DNA of 64,000 nucleotides, taken from NCBI GenBank assembly GCA_964520655.1, contig CAZFNI010000002.1:64770-128769 (forward strand), in the 5' to 3' direction. The notes under the pieces were generated by a model. The model was not told where the DNA came from, did no database searches, and was given only the letters and a program-made list of their open reading frames with translations. The stretch's first letter is position 1. Every line of letters begins with the position of its first letter. Shown here piece by piece: positions 62,253-64,000 of the stretch. The translations under genes were made by a program, and so were the position numbers. The stretch is from an uncultured Planctomycetales bacterium. Its GTDB lineage: Bacteria; Omnitrophota; Gorgyraeia; Zapsychrales; Fredricksoniimonadaceae.

Positions 62253-62825
62253 CTATTCCTTCCTCATCACGATTCCATAGTGATATGGTTTTAAATCATA
62301 CTGTTGTGGATGACTAAATCCCGCCTCCTTTGCCCATTGGATGCACTGTTCCGGTTTCGGGCGAATATCCATTGAAGGACCGCGGGGCGTTGTCGGATCG
62401 TAATTCCAATGAATGATCCCGAGCCTGCCCTCTTTTCTTAAAATCCGTTTAGCCTCTTTCAACAAAACAGCCGGATTTTCAAGATGAAGGATATTAAAAA
62501 GCATAACGTAATCAATGCTCTCTTTGGATAACCCTGTCCCTTGAATTATAAAATCCCGTAAAATAGTTTTTACATTATCAATGCTGTTCTTCTTCGCTCT
62601 TTCATTCGTTATCCGAATCATCTCTGATTCAATATCCAATCCATACACAGTCCCTTTGATAATTTTAGCGGTTGGGATTGTGAAGGTGCCGTAACCGCAT
62701 CCGAACTCTACAACGTCAGCGATCTGGCTATTTATACCGAGCGTTTCGATAATCTTGGGCGGGTCAAAAAATCTTTCCCACATTTCGTGTTCTGGCATTC
62801 CGCTTTCTCTAATTTTCATACACAA
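62253..62825 (-). CDS. class I SAM-dependent methyltransferase
   Basis: VVEFGCGYGTFT motif I. Confidence 0.8.
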   Translation of the reverse strand: MCMKIRESGMPEHEMWERFFDPPKIIETLGINSQIADVVEFGCGYGTFTIPTAKIIKGTVYGLDIESEMIRITNERAKKNSIDNVKTILRDFIIQGTGLSKESIDYVMLFNILHLENPAVLLKEAKRILRKEGRLGIIHWNYDPTTPRGPSMDIRPKPEQCIQWAKEAGFSHPQQYDLKPYHYGIVMRKE

Positions 62826-62858
62826 ACCTTCTATCCTTTTCTGGCTGACTTGGAAACT

Positions 62859-63623
62859 TTACTGTCTTTCATCAAGAATCCTTATCAGCGGCTCTTCCCA
62901 GCCAAAACAGGTCCCCTTGCCAACAAGTAGTTCAAATGTATCAATACAAGCAGAATCGATACGCGTATACTCTATAAGCATACTTACAACATCATTCATG
63001 AATCCGCCGACAGTGCCATTGGAATCATCCACGCCGCCGACTTGCAACTTTCTATCCAGCCGCAAAAGTAGTTTAACCAAAAGTTCTGCGCTCTGCGCAT
63101 TGACCGGCAGATCGGAGACAACAGCGGACAACCGGGCGCATCCTTCGCGCAATGAATCCTGATTCGCAAACCAAGTGCGTGACGGCCCGGAATAGGGCTT
63201 AATATATTTCATCGATTCCGTTATAGATTTTTTGATTGCGGCCAGCTCATCTTCCTTCAATTCTCCCTTTCGGCCGCTGGATTTAACTTCTTGCTGAACT
63301 TTATCCTCTTTACTCAATGTTTTTCCATCTAACACCACATACAATGCCAGAGCCACTGCATGTTTACATAGCGTTCCCTGCTCACCCAAGTAGCACGTGC
63401 AATGCGCATCCTTAAAACGGCGGCCTGATACAGAAACCCGATATGGCTTAGTTCCAAGCACAACAGCCGTAAAATCACCAAAGGCCTCTTTAACCTCCGT
63501 CACCTTACCGCGTTCATATAAATCAACCGCGCGTTGATACGTCGTCTCATCGGTGGCAAATTTGATTTTGTTAAGGTCGTAGGTTGGTGACATATTAATA
63601 TCAGTCATTTTGTACAATCTCAT
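62859..63623 (-). CDS. SWIM zinc-finger domain protein
   Basis: CTCYLGEQGTLCKHAVA = CxCx(n)CxH SWIM signature. Confidence 0.7.
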   Translation of the reverse strand: MRLYKMTDINMSPTYDLNKIKFATDETTYQRAVDLYERGKVTEVKEAFGDFTAVVLGTKPYRVSVSGRRFKDAHCTCYLGEQGTLCKHAVALALYVVLDGKTLSKEDKVQQEVKSSGRKGELKEDELAAIKKSITESMKYIKPYSGPSRTWFANQDSLREGCARLSAVVSDLPVNAQSAELLVKLLLRLDRKLQVGGVDDSNGTVGGFMNDVVSMLIEYTRIDSACIDTFELLVGKGTCFGWEEPLIRILDERQ

Positions 63624-63891
63624 TTAATTTCTTAACAACATCCGCCATCGCTTGTGTATCTAATCGACAATAATCCTCAAGATCTTTTCTAACTGCATCT
63701 TTGTTCTTTGCATCCTGCCCTTTGATAAATGTATTAACAAAGGTTCGGCTGGCTTCATCTCCTTCTTCGATATTCATGCCCTTGTAAGTCTGGCCGGTCA
63801 AAACCGGCAGGACACTCTTTAACGATGCGCTGCCGTTTTGATCAGGATGATGGTAATGAAAAGCCTTAAAAGGCTCTAAGAGATCAACCAT
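63601..63891 (-). CDS. hypothetical protein, probably C-terminal part of a larger gene running off the window
   Basis: ORF reaches near window edge; Y-x3-D (YCRLDTQAMAD) resembles exonuclease motif III but unproven. Confidence 0.3.
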   Translation of the reverse strand: MVDLLEPFKAFHYHHPDQNGSASLKSVLPVLTGQTYKGMNIEEGDEASRTFVNTFIKGQDAKNKDAVRKDLEDYCRLDTQAMADVVKKLNEIVQND

Positions 63892-64000
63892 TCGCTCAAT
63901 GACGTTATTGATCCATCCTTGATCCTTAGGAAGCGCGCTTGCAAGATCCTTAAGAACGCCCTCTTCAAATGTTTGATTATAAACGATAACACTGCCAACC

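Overview
The window is a gene-dense bacterial chromosomal segment with almost every gene on the minus strand. I saw no rRNA, tRNA or CRISPR.

Most of it is ordinary metabolism and housekeeping:
- exbBD/tolQR-like genes
- pntAA-pntAB-pntB transhydrogenase (+ strand)
- fumC, gltA, pepA
- a complete sulfate-assimilation supercluster: sbp-cysTWA-cysH-cysD-cysN/C with an Rrf2 regulator
- mutY, NAD kinase, queH, cspA-like
- metXW, nadA, miaB
- a ferric-type ABC transporter
- chrBA, nnrS
- an NDH-2/DUF/Mug operon
- nrdDG with a second nadA paralog
- an NsrR-like nitrosative-stress neighbourhood

The accessory, most interesting part is at ~36.3-43.1 kb. It is a putative integrated plasmid/phage-like element that abuts the 5' end of miaB. 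It encodes:
- a large serine recombinase
- a Prim-Pol/PriCT/P-loop replication protein next to a TGTGAG iteron array plus an AT-rich stretch (candidate origin)
- a SpoVG-like protein
- a 352-aa zinc-ribbon protein of no recognisable family

Two ~45-bp GC-rich imperfect direct repeats lie in this region, one internal (between the Prim-Pol gene and the recombinase module) and one at the right edge. Each begins a short conserved micro-ORF. A truncated response-regulator receiver fragment sits at the right boundary.

Other notable points:
- duplicated nadA paralogs
- an APS-reductase-type cysH paired with a CysN fused to a degenerate APS-kinase domain
- a tight NDH-2-DUF2945-Mug-DUF488-DUF309 operon
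- an NsrR-type palindrome in a divergent promoter

All calls come from reading the translated ORFs and the DNA by eye. No database searches were run.
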